A stretch of 63,444 nucleotides of DNA, the filler included, from Octopus bimaculoides (lineage: Eukaryota): the NCBI RefSeq assembly GCF_001194135.2. It is 4 parts of 4 records of this genome, joined end to end, with 100 filler letters (N's around TTAATTAATTAA, not from the genome) between each part and the next. Parts side by side here need not be neighbours in the genome. Positions count along the whole stretch, not along the records: positions 32,420 to 41,180 come from NC_068981.1; positions 41,281 to 63,444 come from NC_068982.1; 2 more parts are not named here. One strand, given 5' to 3'. Positions 38,098-50,990 of the stretch are shown here, piece by piece. The stretch's first letter is position 1. Every line of letters begins with the position of its first letter. The notes under the pieces are model-generated. The model searched no databases and had not been told where the DNA came from. It saw nothing but the letters and a program-made list of their open reading frames with translations. Both the position numbers and the translations under genes were made by a program.

Positions 38098-39656
38098 GAT
38101 TTTTTTTTTACTTGTTTCAGTCATTAGGATGCGGCCATGCTGGAGCAGCGCCTTGAAGATTTTTTTGTCGAATAAATTGATCCCAGTACTTTGCTTTTGA
38201 AAGCCTGATTCTTATTCTATCGATTTCGTTGTCGGGCTTCTCTTGGCAGATTTCGAGCGATTGATGTTTAATATATCAAATTAAAACGCATTGTCTTTCA
38301 TTAAGCATGAATTCAAGCTATTCTATCATTTTGTGAGTGTGTACGCGCGCGTATGTGTTATTTCATAATGCTCATAGTGATACTTGTCTCGTAATTATTT
38401 TATCTAATATGCTTTTACTAATCGTATCACTGTTCATTTTATGGGGTTATTTTGTAGTACGAAGGGTTTGTGTTTGAAGATAGATGTATGATTTTTGAAA
38501 GAGAAATATGGAGGATTATTTTTGAAAATAAAGTATATTCCTGTCAATTTTAATGTTTCTCTTAATGTGACTTTGTTATGAGGACGAATTTACTTCATAT
38601 GAATTGACAAAACTGGATCAATATTTGGTTTGAAGTTTTGCGATCGTGCAAACCGAAGTTCATTTTTTCTGGAAATCGTCATAGGTTTTTCTAAATTTTA
38701 TATTCTCAAAAGGTTGTAATAACATTAGTGGGCAGGCACTTATTGGATTTAAATCCATGATGAAGATTATTATTGCGTTTGATGCCTTCTCGCTTGCCGA
38801 AAAAGTGTATACTTATCATCAAATTCTTCAAATAAAATTATCCTACTTCTAATACTTTCTAATTTGTGGTATCTGCATGTAGTTTTTGTCGATAAAATTA
38901 TTGCCGCTAAATTTTCCTTTGAATTTTTTTCAACATTCTTGTGTAAAAGTAGTAAGAGGTTCAATTTAAAGGAGCTTAATTTAATTTTTGCAGCTCTTTG
39001 AATAAGAACTATCACAGGTAATCGAGATGACTCAATACAGTCAGGCAGAATAATTAATAATGTATTAAATAAATACACGGATGCAACATATGCATCAATC
39101 TCATTCCGTTAATGGAAAGTATCAAGCACCAACATCACTATGACAAGTATCTTCATATACAGACTTATGACCTCCTTGGCTTATCTAGTGTAGTATGAGA
39201 GAACTGTAATGTGAGGAACAAAATACGGTTCACCTACCTCTCAGTGTCGGCTGTCCAGCTGTGTTAAATCCAAGACGTGTCATACCTGTCTCACCTATCG
39301 CTAGTACCTACTGCAAAAGTCCTGTCTCACCTACGCGTCCACATGCGTCCGTTCACCACGACTGCATCGAGGCCAAAGGGAACCACGCTGGTCCTACTTC
39401 CCTCACTGCATCTCTCTCTCTCTCTCTCTCTCTTCCTCTTTCAGTGGGGCCTCTCGGCCGTTGACATCACTGACCTTTCCTTTCGGTTCATCTCATCTCC
39501 ACAACTAGTATAAAGAAGGCAATAGCTGTGAAAACGTATATGTAGGAGATATTTGTGAAAAAAAGAGAGAGTATACACTTTTAAAGTAACACAGTAATAG
39601 TGCTATACAACACAAGAAACTCTCGGAACTTGAGTCACTCTGTTACTTCTGCTAAA

Positions 39657-39735
<79 letters not shown>

Positions 39736-39826
39736 TTTATATATATATATACACACATACATACATATATATATATATACAGTATATACATATGTATGTG
39801 TGTGTATGTATTTATGTATGTATGTA

Positions 39827-39897
<71 letters not shown>

Positions 39898-39908
39898 NNN
39901 NNNNNNNA

Positions 39909-40560
39909 TAAACCAGACTTAAAAATACTTCCTTACATCTCCACACATAACCCTAGAAACAGCGAAGCCTTTAACATTGTCATCCAAAATCTACCCATCC
40001 TCACAAGAGATAAAACAATGAACAACATTTTAGGCTCACACAAAATGATCAAAAGCAAAATACAACCTAAATCATTGAAATAAAAATATTAACCAGCACA
40101 AGACTGTATACATTAACAACAGAACCAAAAGTGAAAAAATGTGGCCGACCTAACTGTGGTACTTGCCCTCACCTTTTGGAGGGTTCAGAGTTCCACATTA
40201 AACAAGGTGAAATATTTAAGATTAAATCAAATTTTACCTGTGCCTCGGAAAATCTAATCTATGCCATTACATGCTTAGGGTGTGGTAATAATTATATTGG
40301 CCAAACAGGAATATCACTCCGTCGAAGAACCACTCTCTACAAAGAACAAATCCGCCAGCCACAATACGGACAGATACAGGTCAGTGGACACATAGAAAGG
40401 TGTGCGAGGAATCTTAATCCTAATTTCCTAATTTTTCCCTTCTATCAATGTTCACAGAACACTTCAATACAACAAAGAATGAATAAAGAGGCAACTTTCA
40501 TCAATAAATATCTTCCACAACTAAATATGAACACATAACGTAATACAGAATACTACTAAC
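39909..40560 (+). mobile_element. Penelope-like element, GIY-YIG endonuclease region
   Basis: KKCGRPNCGTCPHL..FTCASENLIYAITCLGCGNNYIGQTGISLRRR..EATFINKYLPQLN. Frameshift upstream at about 40080. Confidence 0.92.
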
Positions 40561-40956
40561 CTTTCAATTAATACCACTAACCCCCATACATCCCATGCAG
40601 CATTCACATTACAGATCTATATGTACCCTAATTGCGCCAAATCCAGGACTACTTACTTCCCTTACACATAATCTTTTAACTCAGGGACTAGTAGACCTGA
40701 CACCGTTCAGTAATCGGTGTGCATTCAAAGCAATGATTAATAACATTACAAAACCGGTATGCTTTTGAATCTCTTTAACAATTCACAATAATGACTTTTA
40801 TTACTTTTATTTCTACCTCAGTTCATCTAATTGTATATATCTATCGTTACTTTTCATAAAAAGCCTTTACTTTTTTTGATTTCCAATGTGCATTTTCGCT
40901 TATTTTTCTTCTTACTTTCCTCCTACATTTCGACGTGTAGTTTCTATTTTGATTTT

Positions 40957-41180
40957 GTGGTAAATAGCTTGCTTACCAACCACATGGTTCCGGGTTCAGT
41001 CCCACTGCATGACACCTTGGGCAAGTGTCTTCTACTATAGCCTTGGGCCGACCAAAGCCTTGTGAGTGGATTTGGTAGACGGAAACTGAAAGAAGCCCGT
41101 CGTAAATATAAATATGTATATATATGTATGTGTGTGTATATGTTTGTGTGTCTGTGTTTGTTCCCCCACCATCGCTTGAG
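40957..41180 (+). mobile_element. SINE family A 5' part
   Basis: B box and central domain present; truncated by a gap. Confidence 0.85.
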
Positions 41181-41613
41181 NNNNNNNNNNNNNNNNNNNN
41201 NNNNNNNNNNNNNNNNNNNNNNNNTTAATTAATTAANNNNNNNNNNNNNNNNNNNNNNNNNNNNNNNNNNNNNNNNNNNNTGTTTACTTCATGAGAGTTT
41301 AAATATTTAAATATTTTAAATATTTACATGAATAATAACTATAAATAATAACGTGTAAATATTGTGTCACAAAATCCTTTAATGGTAAAAGTCGGCAGTT
41401 GGGCTTGGGACTTGAACTTATATCTGTAAATTCAACAGATTTTCGACAGTTAAATAGCATTTATTTTATATCTCTCAAGGTAAAGAGCATCCGATTTTGT
41501 CTCACCCTATCCAAAGCATACTATCCAAAGGGTTTTTATCTTGATATTTACTTGCTATTATTCTATCTTCCAATTCGACCGCCCAAAAAGATACACACAC
41601 ACACAAACACACA

Positions 41614-41672
<59 letters not shown>

Positions 41673-42423
41673 CAACCAAATTTAACTGGCAAAAAACCGT
41701 TTCGAGAAAACGTCATTTAGAATGCAATCCTAAACTTGTGGATCGATAACCTTTCTTTCCCTCTTTCAGAATCGATAAATACTTTTCCATTACAGCGCAA
41801 TGTCATGGAGATATGTTAAATCTCTAGATACAAAATGTTGTTCTACCATAAGGCTTTCTGAGTTTAAAGCAAGCCTTCTGGCACAGGGCAAATTGGTTTT
41901 ACTAGACGTAACAAAAGTCGATTGAGGCGGGGGTAATTCTCAATCTCGAAACCCAATAATTCCGCAGAACCCGTAGGAAAGAAAGTTATCAATCTTAAGT
42001 CCTATTCTTACAACGATATGCTTGATAACAAAATTATCACCACACTATTCTAATCATAAACATAAACATAAATGCCGACACACTCAAAAGTTTATATATA
42101 TATTTATATTTGTTTATATATGTGTTTATATATATGTTTTTTTATATATATGTGTGTGAGTTTCTGTTTGTATATCTATTTACCTATCTATAAGAGGTCA
42201 CCGTGCACTGACTAGGGTAAAAATGTAACATTGGGGAATGTGGTGCTCGAACCAAAACTAAGTTTTCGCGACAAGCGCGCTAGCCTTGTACCAACGTATC
42301 CTTCGCTTCTTGCTTCCAGATTTAAGAATTATAATTTCCTAGTGTTGTTTATTATAAACAAGCATACGCATCTGTTATCTGCGATGATTTTTTGGTAAGC
42401 GATGACGGTTTTTAAATTCTGTA

Positions 42424-42480
<57 letters not shown>

Positions 42481-42706
42481 CTCTCTCTCTCTCTGTATAT
42501 ATATGTGGCGAATGCTTAAATCAAGCTTGGACAGGAGACAAACAAGAACACGTCTTCCTTGTTCCAGATACAACGGAAAGAATGAAACCCATGTTAGGAG
42601 AAGAATGATGGCCGATGGTAACGTGGGAGCTATGTGAGCAAGGGAGGAGGAGTGAGTGTGACAGAGTAATAGGCCAGAATAGTGGGAGAAGAGGAGATAA
42701 AAGAAT

Positions 42707-42763
<57 letters not shown>

Positions 42764-42779
42764 GAAAGAGTAAAACGAT

Positions 42780-43566
42780 TGTATAGATTGCGCCTCAGAA
42801 TTATTAAGATAAAACATTCTTGGAAGAGGATGTGTGGCACCATCATTATTGAGCGTTCTAAACATTATGATGTTGACTGAAAGTTTGATATTTATCACTC
42901 TCATTACGTGTTTTGGGTACACAGCAAGCCAATGGTTGTTCTGTGTGTTCACCATCTGATCCTGGCAGAAATTCTCATCTGCGAAAAACCAAAGCATGTT
43001 CGGTTGGAAGAAATGCTTATTGAAAAGCTTCGCGGCGCGGTCTTTCCTCTTGTCTTTGATGTCTGGGATAAAATTTGACCTTTTCTCATCTTGTATCAGG
43101 AATACCGAATGTCTTTATGCACTATCTGCCTGATAAGTAACTCATGCACTCCGACGTCACTGGCACTGGACGTGATTGACTTGAAGAGATCGTTATCAGT
43201 CATGGCCTAGATCAGACCAACAACTTCAGGAGTCGTTTTCTCATAAGAACGATCAGGGAGGGTTTTCCGAGCTGCCGTACCATCGTAACAACCGTTAGAC
43301 TCATCCAGCTCTTTCCGAACTCTGTGGACTGTCTTCATATTGAGACTCAAACACTCTGAAATTGGAGCTTCCGGCGCGAATGTCGGACTGTACAGTATGT
43401 CCTTTCCCAATTTCTGGCAGATTGAATTGCGTCATGTTGCTGTTTTTCACACCTATGGTACACAACTGATCCTATTATACTGTGTATTCGACAAAATCAA
43501 AAACAAACAAAGCGAAAGCATGAAATTCAAAAATATAAATGGCAATAATTTACCCATCACACCCTA
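42780..43566 (-). mobile_element. Tc1/mariner (maT/DD37D-like) transposase remnant with 5' TIR
   Basis: RVRKELDESNG, WFFADENFCQDQMVNTQNNHWLA; terminus TA-TAGGGTGTGATGGG. Confidence 0.8.
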
Positions 43567-43590
43567 TATATGTGCGTATGTGTATGTGTG

Positions 43591-43624
<34 letters not shown>

Positions 43625-43634
43625 NNNNNNNNNN

Positions 43635-43675
<41 letters not shown>

Positions 43676-45143
43676 ATATGATATGCAAATGATTTGTGAA
43701 ATATTTTGGGTATAAAATGAATAAAATAAAACTGTTTCAACGGCGCGGCTACGCGTCTTGCTATATATATATTTTTTCTTTCATTTTTACGTGGTGTTTC
43801 GATCTAATAACAGACAAATATCTAATTAGAATTTGTCGAGGCAGAGCTGAAAGTGTCTAAACGCAAATGATTATTGTATTTTCTGCCAGTCTGTCGTTCC
43901 TGTGTGCCGTTTCCGAAAATATTATATATTGGCGAAATAGAGAAATATCACGCACAGGTAACAAGCTAAGTTTTAAGCTTTCAAGTACAAAATGGTCTTT
44001 CAGTGCGGGCTCAGGATAATTAGCCATTTGCAAATCATTTTTCTCCGGTCAGTCAATGGCAGCCAGCTTAGAAATGTCAGGACAATTTCTTTTCAATTTC
44101 ATGCCGAAAAGGTATTATATGTTTTGTGAGTTATATCGAAGTAGTATGATGTTAGAAATCAATAGTTTTATGTATTGCGAAAGAGCAGCAATATGTGTAA
44201 CGGAATGTTAGAAGAAACAGGCTAGCAGGAATCACTATACGTCACTTCATTTCAGATAAAACCAAGCTTACCCCACCCAGCTTATGGTTTCACAATTTTA
44301 CGTACATTCATGCATGCATGCATACATACGCAGTTACAGACACAGGCACAGATCCGAACAGATGCACACGCACATACACATATAATATATATATATATAT
44401 GGGCATGGATGTATACTTGAGACGCTCTCGGTCAGGCCAGTGCTTTCGGGTTCAGTCCTACAGCAAGATATCTCGGACAAGCGTCTTCTGCTATAGTCCT
44501 GGGGCCACCAGTGTGTTGTGAATGAGTTTCGTTGAACTAAACTCTGTGGAAACCTGTTGTTTGTATGCAAGTCTCTCTGTATTTATATGTACATGTGTGT
44601 ACATATGTACAACAGGTACACGCAAGACTAAAATATATAAACATGAGGCAATCAATTCCATGTCCCCCGTTTATACATCCTAATTTTTTCAGATCTACTG
44701 CGCAGGCGCAGCTACTCTTGTTTATATATTTTAGTCTTGGGTGTACCTGTCGATAACGACTTCACCTAGCAAATTATCTTAATTGCTAAAATAAGTCAGA
44801 AACCAATTGGTCCAGGAAAGAGATGGTAAAAGTTTTTATTTTTATTTTTCCTTTTTTTCTTTCGGAATATATCACTAATTTTGTGGTTCTAGAACCTAGC
44901 AGTTCTTTCTAGCGTAAGGAATCCCATGAGTGGAATCCTCTTATGTATTTAAATATACACTGTACCTTATGAGTAATTCATAGTCTTTGGACTAAACTTT
45001 TATACGCTAGGCCACTTGGAGGTAAAAAAATTATTAATTTCCATTTCCCTTTGATATGATTAAGTATATATACATATATGTATATGTTTGCAGTGCTCTA
45101 GCATGACCACAGTCAAATGACTGAAACAAGTTAAAGAATAGAG

Positions 45144-45181
<38 letters not shown>

Positions 45182-45599
45182 GTTACATATGTAACACACG
45201 CACATACAGACACATACTCGCACACAGACACAGACAGACACACACACACACACATATATATGTGTGTGTGTGCGCGTGTGCAAGTGTGTGTGTGTGTGTG
45301 TATGTGCGTGTGTTACATATGTAACCCATATAGTAGTCATAAAAACAGGGTAACTTTATTTCTCAGTGGATTGAACCGTTATAAACAACCTTAATTAGAC
45401 TTTCGAAACTTAGTACCGTCTCATCCGAGGTGTGTACATCAATTTAACCAATTTGATGTAATACTGACAGGGTTTTTCAGTGGGATATTAGCATTTGCCA
45501 TGTTTCTGCCAAATACGTCCTTATTATCAATACCTTGCGTTGTTTTGTTTAATGCTACTAAGTGTAATATCTTCTTTTATAGTAACACCAAAGGGAGCA

Positions 45600-46400
45600 A
45601 TATAAATGAAAACAAGCTGTTATGTGCTGCTTTATATATCTGGACATTCCTTGTGAAGCAAGCAGAATGCAGCTAGATTGTTTAAATCATACTTAAGTTT
45701 TACTTGCAACATCGGAGGGAAACTCATTTTTGCTGTGTTGTATGAAATAAGCCTCTGTTGTATGAGATGTTGAACTGTGTATTTTTTTAAATTTATCACT
45801 GCAACATGAGCCATGTTATTCTTTAAAAATTCTCTATTAGAATTTTGGCGTTTAGCACGAACAAAATTCTATGATAGAAAAACTAGCTTAAAGCGATATA
45901 TTTTCTTCCTTCTTTGAATATTATTTGGCTCATATCAGTGTTTCATGTTCCTGGTTTAGTATTAACTGAGATATGGCAGATAAAACAAAGGTTTACCTCC
46001 TTTAAGGGTGAATAAAAAATCTCACTCCAGCTATAGCTGTCATGGAATACTGCTCGTGCAAACCGCCAATATTCTGACAGCAAATTTGGTAAGAATATCA
46101 CAGCTGATGCGGTTGCAGTATTACATGAAAAAATCACAGAAGCTTCAGCAACAAATGTCGCATAGATATGTTTGACAAAACACTTCTGAAAGACTTTTTT
46201 TATAACATCAAGTTGCAGAAAAATTAAAAAAACAGATTTAAATGCTTTTCAACGTCATATTGTACGTTTTTATAATTTGCTGATATCTTCTCTCATAAAA
46301 TTCTTACAAATACTTGTACAAAAATATTGTTTGTGGAAAATATCGGCTAGATCCACCACCAAACGTTATGCATGTGTAGTTAACAATAATTCGAATTACA
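45600..46400 (-). mobile_element. Possible piggyBac remnant
   Basis: FLPNLLSEY..DSYSW..FY loosely resembles YxPxKPxKYG..Y; the Cys/His-rich end reads FCLLHKEC. Confidence 0.3.
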
Positions 46401-47126
46401 TATTTCAATGGCTGAAGAGATTTCGATCCATCTTTGTTCCTTATTTCACTATGTATGTAACTCTAATATTTCTTAAAATATTTTACATTAAAAGGACGTT
46501 AGAGTAAAAGGCTTGATTTGAGATATTTCACATCTTATTTTGATCTGTTCATTCATAGATAGAGTTAAAATTGTACGCACCATTTGGGGAAATGATTCAC
46601 CAATATTTGGGATGTAGTTGACCAATATTTGGGATGTAGTTGACTGCCTCTTCCCTAGTTGTTGAGGGCGCTTTGGCTGCATTAAATAACCACACTGAAG
46701 TTCTGTTATTGTCGACGATGCATTTAACTCCGTTCAGAACAGGACAGTGAAGTCTCTGATTAAAGGCTTATCAACCTTGTTAATTGCACCCTTTTGTAAG
46801 TGCAAGGAACTGATAACATTATCTAGTGTAATATTACTTTGGAATATTAATTCATAAGATAAACGGCCCGGTTACCACAATTACAGTCAATTTTAAAAGC
46901 ACACACGAAAACGTTCAAGGAATTAAAGAAACAAATTCCTTTTAGATATTCTTTTCCACTATAGACACAAGCCCCAAATTTTTGAGAAGGGGGCTAATCG
47001 ATCAGATCGACCCCAGTATGTAACTGGTACTTAATTCATCGACCTCGAAAGATGAAAGGCAAAGTCGACCTCGGCGGAATTTTAAATCAGAACGTAAAGA
47101 TAGACGAAATACGCTAAGTATTTCGG

Positions 47127-49490
47127 AATTTTTTTTTTATTCCCCACAGGGGACAACAAAGAGGGGACAGNNNNNNNNNNTTCGGAATTTTTTTTTTTAT
47201 TCCCCACAGGGGACAACAAAGAGGGGACAGTACAATCTGATATGGGTCAAATTTAACGTATGAATTGATACAAAGATGAATTTTAAAATTTCACATAGAT
47301 ATGAAGAGTTCGAATGATAACAAGACAACATTACAGAATGGAGTGGGGAGGCCGGATATGCTCGGACCTCACCAGCCCCGCCTCACCTCCGATGCTTTAG
47401 GTTCATGGAGCGTTGTATTCATGCGGTCCCATCCATACGCAACATTCGTGCAACATTCTTCCATCGATCTTGAAACATTTTCGTGGACAGACATTCTCTC
47501 TCTAGCCCTACTTTCCTTCTTGGGTGGATGGTGAAGAAACCAGCCCAGGACCAGAGATATGTGGGCTACCCTGCTTGCTAACTCGACCCAGTTCTTCTCT
47601 ATTTGGAGGCCTGGTTCCAAACCAGACTCCTAGCAACTTAATTGGACCCTCCGTCCAACGTCCCACGACGCTGTCAGAAAGCATCGACTTGCTTCTTCAG
47701 GTACCGAACTGCAAGCCGACTGACTTTTCACGATTAACTTTTGCTCCTGCCACCGGCTCGTATTCCTCAATTGCCTTGCCTACCCTCTGTAGTGATCCAT
47801 TTCGGATACGATGATGGTAATGTCAACTGTGTAGGCTGATATCGATTCCCTACAACCTGGCTGTCTCGGGATGTCGCTCAATTTTCTCAGCAATGGCTCA
47901 AGAGCAATTATATACAAAAGCGGGGAGAGCGGACACCCCTGACGAACCGAGCGTTTGATGCTGAACGGCTTAGATAAAAAGCCATTCACCTGAACTACCA
48001 AGTCGATGTTGTGATAAATTTCAATGATCCACCTAAGGATGCTGAGACCCAGGATGAACTGTGCCAGAACGGACACCAGGTAATGACTGTCTACCCTATC
48101 AAAAGACGTTGACTGGTCTAAATGGACCAGTGCCCGTCCCTTGCCAGATTCATTATTAAACCCCTCTGGATTGTACCGTAGAAGATGGGAATTATCTTAA
48201 ATGGTTCTTCCGGGAACGGCACATGTCTGCGCCTTCCCGATCAAGCCCTCCACGACACGTGCTAATCTTTTAGATAACACTTTGGTCAAAATCTTAAAAT
48301 CTGTGTTTAGTAGTGATGGGCAGAAAATTATCAATGCAATCCCCCCTTGTTCGGGTCCTTTCTGACAAGCGTCACCACTCACTCGCGCACAGATCTGGGA
48401 CTGAAACCATTCTGCTGTCAGTTTGCGTTGACATTCGCCAGCAGGTGCCCGAACAAGTCCGGCATACTCTTATACAGCTCATAGGGTAGAAGGGTAGACC
48501 ATCCAGTCACGGCGCCTTACGTGCGTCGCAGTCCGCCATGGCCTCAATTACCTCCTCAGGTGTGATCGGCCCTTCACAACACTCCGAGACCTACCAGGAT
48601 ACTCGCAGCAGCCCGGCGAGGAAGTCCGTTAGGTCCCTCTTACTGTCCGGTCCGCCGCCCCACCCGAATAGCTGGGTGAAGTGCTCCTGAAAGACCTCAG
48701 ACATCATCTCGGGCTCGTTTATCAACTTACGGCGATGGTTCGTCAAAGATCGAATTGTGCCATCGTTGCCACGCTGGGCTTCCACCACTCGGGTTCATCC
48801 TGTGACCTTGATTCCTTCACAACTCAATGCACGAATCCTATCTCTGACAATGCAAACCATACGATGGGCTTCGAGGTGCTATTTTAACGCCAATCTCTTG
48901 GTCGTCACCTGAGCTGCAGAGTCAGATTTTATTGCTTCCTCTAAGTCCTTAGCTAATACTAATCCCTTCCTAGTCTCTGTAGCCACTAAACCTATGCTAT
49001 ATCTAATACACTCAAATTTAATGGCTCGCTTGAGGGCATATCACCGTTTGTTATTAATAACAGATGTGGTTAATGCCCTCTGAATTAATAACTTAATCCG
49101 GTCTCTGTACTCCTTAATCGCCAAAAGGTACGTATTAAGTTTCCAGTTGCCGGATCCTCTGTTATATAACTTATCTATGTCAAGCGTACAGTTGACTATT
49201 TTATGATCACTGTAGCTGACCGGGAAAAACTGTGGACACTTAACAATATTCTTATCTGCTTTCATAATTAACACCCTATCTAGATATGACCTGGAAGATC
49301 CGTTGCTGTTTGGCCATGTCCACAATTGAGCGTTCGGAAATTCCAGCCTATAAGGATCTGCTAGCTCAAAGCGCCTCAGCAGTTCCGGGAAGCAAGGATT
49401 ACCTCTTCTATCAGAACACGAGCCAACACGATCATTTCCTCATATTTGAAGAAACAAATGTCAAACATTTTAGCTATTTTCACCAACTCT
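47127..49490 (-). mobile_element. Tx1/L1-clade LINE, decayed APE endonuclease plus RT
   Basis: WTWPNS..SYLDRVL, SDHKIV, GNWKLN, SLLNTDFKILTKVL, SVRQGCPLSPLLY. 3' end reads GTTGTCCCCTGTGGGGAATAAAAAAAAA. Confidence 0.92.
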
Positions 49491-50599
49491 GAACATTAAA
49501 ATCACGTTGCAATACTTTGGTCTATCAGTTTATATTAGGTAAATAATAATAAAGTTAAGACACATTTTACTTACCATTTGTATTTGTTGTGAAAATAACG
49601 ATCTCACCCAACATATTTCTGTGTCCCGCACATCAAATATCAAGGAGCAGCATGTAACACCCTGGTCGTGGTTTAGCTACATCTCGACTGTTTTAATCAC
49701 TTTTCATTTTGTTGTTGGACACCGATAATTTTAAAAGAATGTTTACTTTCGTGAAGGAAAATTAAGTATTGCATAGTTTTGTGGAGGATATCATGATTTA
49801 TTGGAATATATCCTCAATTATCAACATATACCAATTATGATTTGTATTGATTTATACTTGTTTTACCACACATANNNNNNNNNNNNNNNNNNNNNNNNNN
49901 NNNNNNNNNNNNNNNNNNNNNNNNNNNNNNNNNNNNNNNNNNNNNNNNNNNNNNNNNNNNNNNNNNNNNNNNNNNNNNNNNNNNNNNNNNNNNNNNNNNN
50001 NNNNNNNNNNNNNNNNNNNNNNNNNNNNNNNNNNNNNNNNNNNNNNNNNNNNNNNNNNNNNNNNNNNNNNNNNNNATATATATATATATATATATACATA
50101 TATATGTGTGTGTGTGTGTATAGAAGTAGATATATATGTGTATGTATATATAATATACATATATATACATATGTATAGATATATAATATATGTATACATA
50201 TATATATATATATAAATGTATATATATATATATAAACATATAAGCATATACATTTACATATATATAAGTATATAGATACGTATACTTATATATACGTATA
50301 CCTATATATATATATAAGTATATGTATGTATCTATATGTATATCATATATACATACATATATATATCTACTTATATACATATATATATATATGTGTATGT
50401 ATGTATATATGTATGCATGTATATAAGTATGTATGTATATATCTATATGCATGTATGAAGGCAGTTTAGACGCTTCCTTCTTTTTCAATATAGGGATATA
50501 TTAGTTATACTGAAACATTATAATTTACTATGAATATATGCTGCAAACCGAGCAAGTAAAGGAATGATAGAGTTGAACAAAGTGCTGTAGAATTAAAAT

Positions 50600-50990
50600 C
50601 GAAGGCATCATAGAGTGATATGGTCATTTTTGAAATAATGTAATTTCATGTAATGTGCCTCACGCTTATATATTGCAATGCTTGAAATGATGGTCAATTA
50701 CTTGTCATGATCAAGCATTTGTAAATTCCAATAGTCGATAGGACATATGTTATTGGAGTGTGCAAAGATGTAATCATGACAGGTAATTGGATATCACTTC
50801 TACGAATGATGGATACGTGCTAAATTTAATTCAAGTACTGTTATTGAATGTACGAATGTACATCGGAAAGCAAAAATATGATTGATGCAAAATGCATGAA
50901 GATAGTGTTCTCTATACTAGATTCATAGATAACATGCATGAAATATTACGATCAGCTGATGGCAGTTTTGGGGCTCGTATATATGGTAGC
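50600..50990 (+). mobile_element. Highly decayed PLE RT fragment
   Basis: LYTRFIDN resembles the LYxRYIDD active site; upstream motifs are weak. Confidence 0.35.

Noticed and set aside
47127-47230. About 48-bp direct repeat around a 10-N gap (similarly 31578-31710)
   Set aside because: The same sequence on both sides of a small gap is an unmerged contig overlap, an assembly artefact.
49575-49680. Strong minus-strand donor AAATG|GTAAGT
   Set aside because: Weak acceptor and no homology; cannot be linked to DCDC1.
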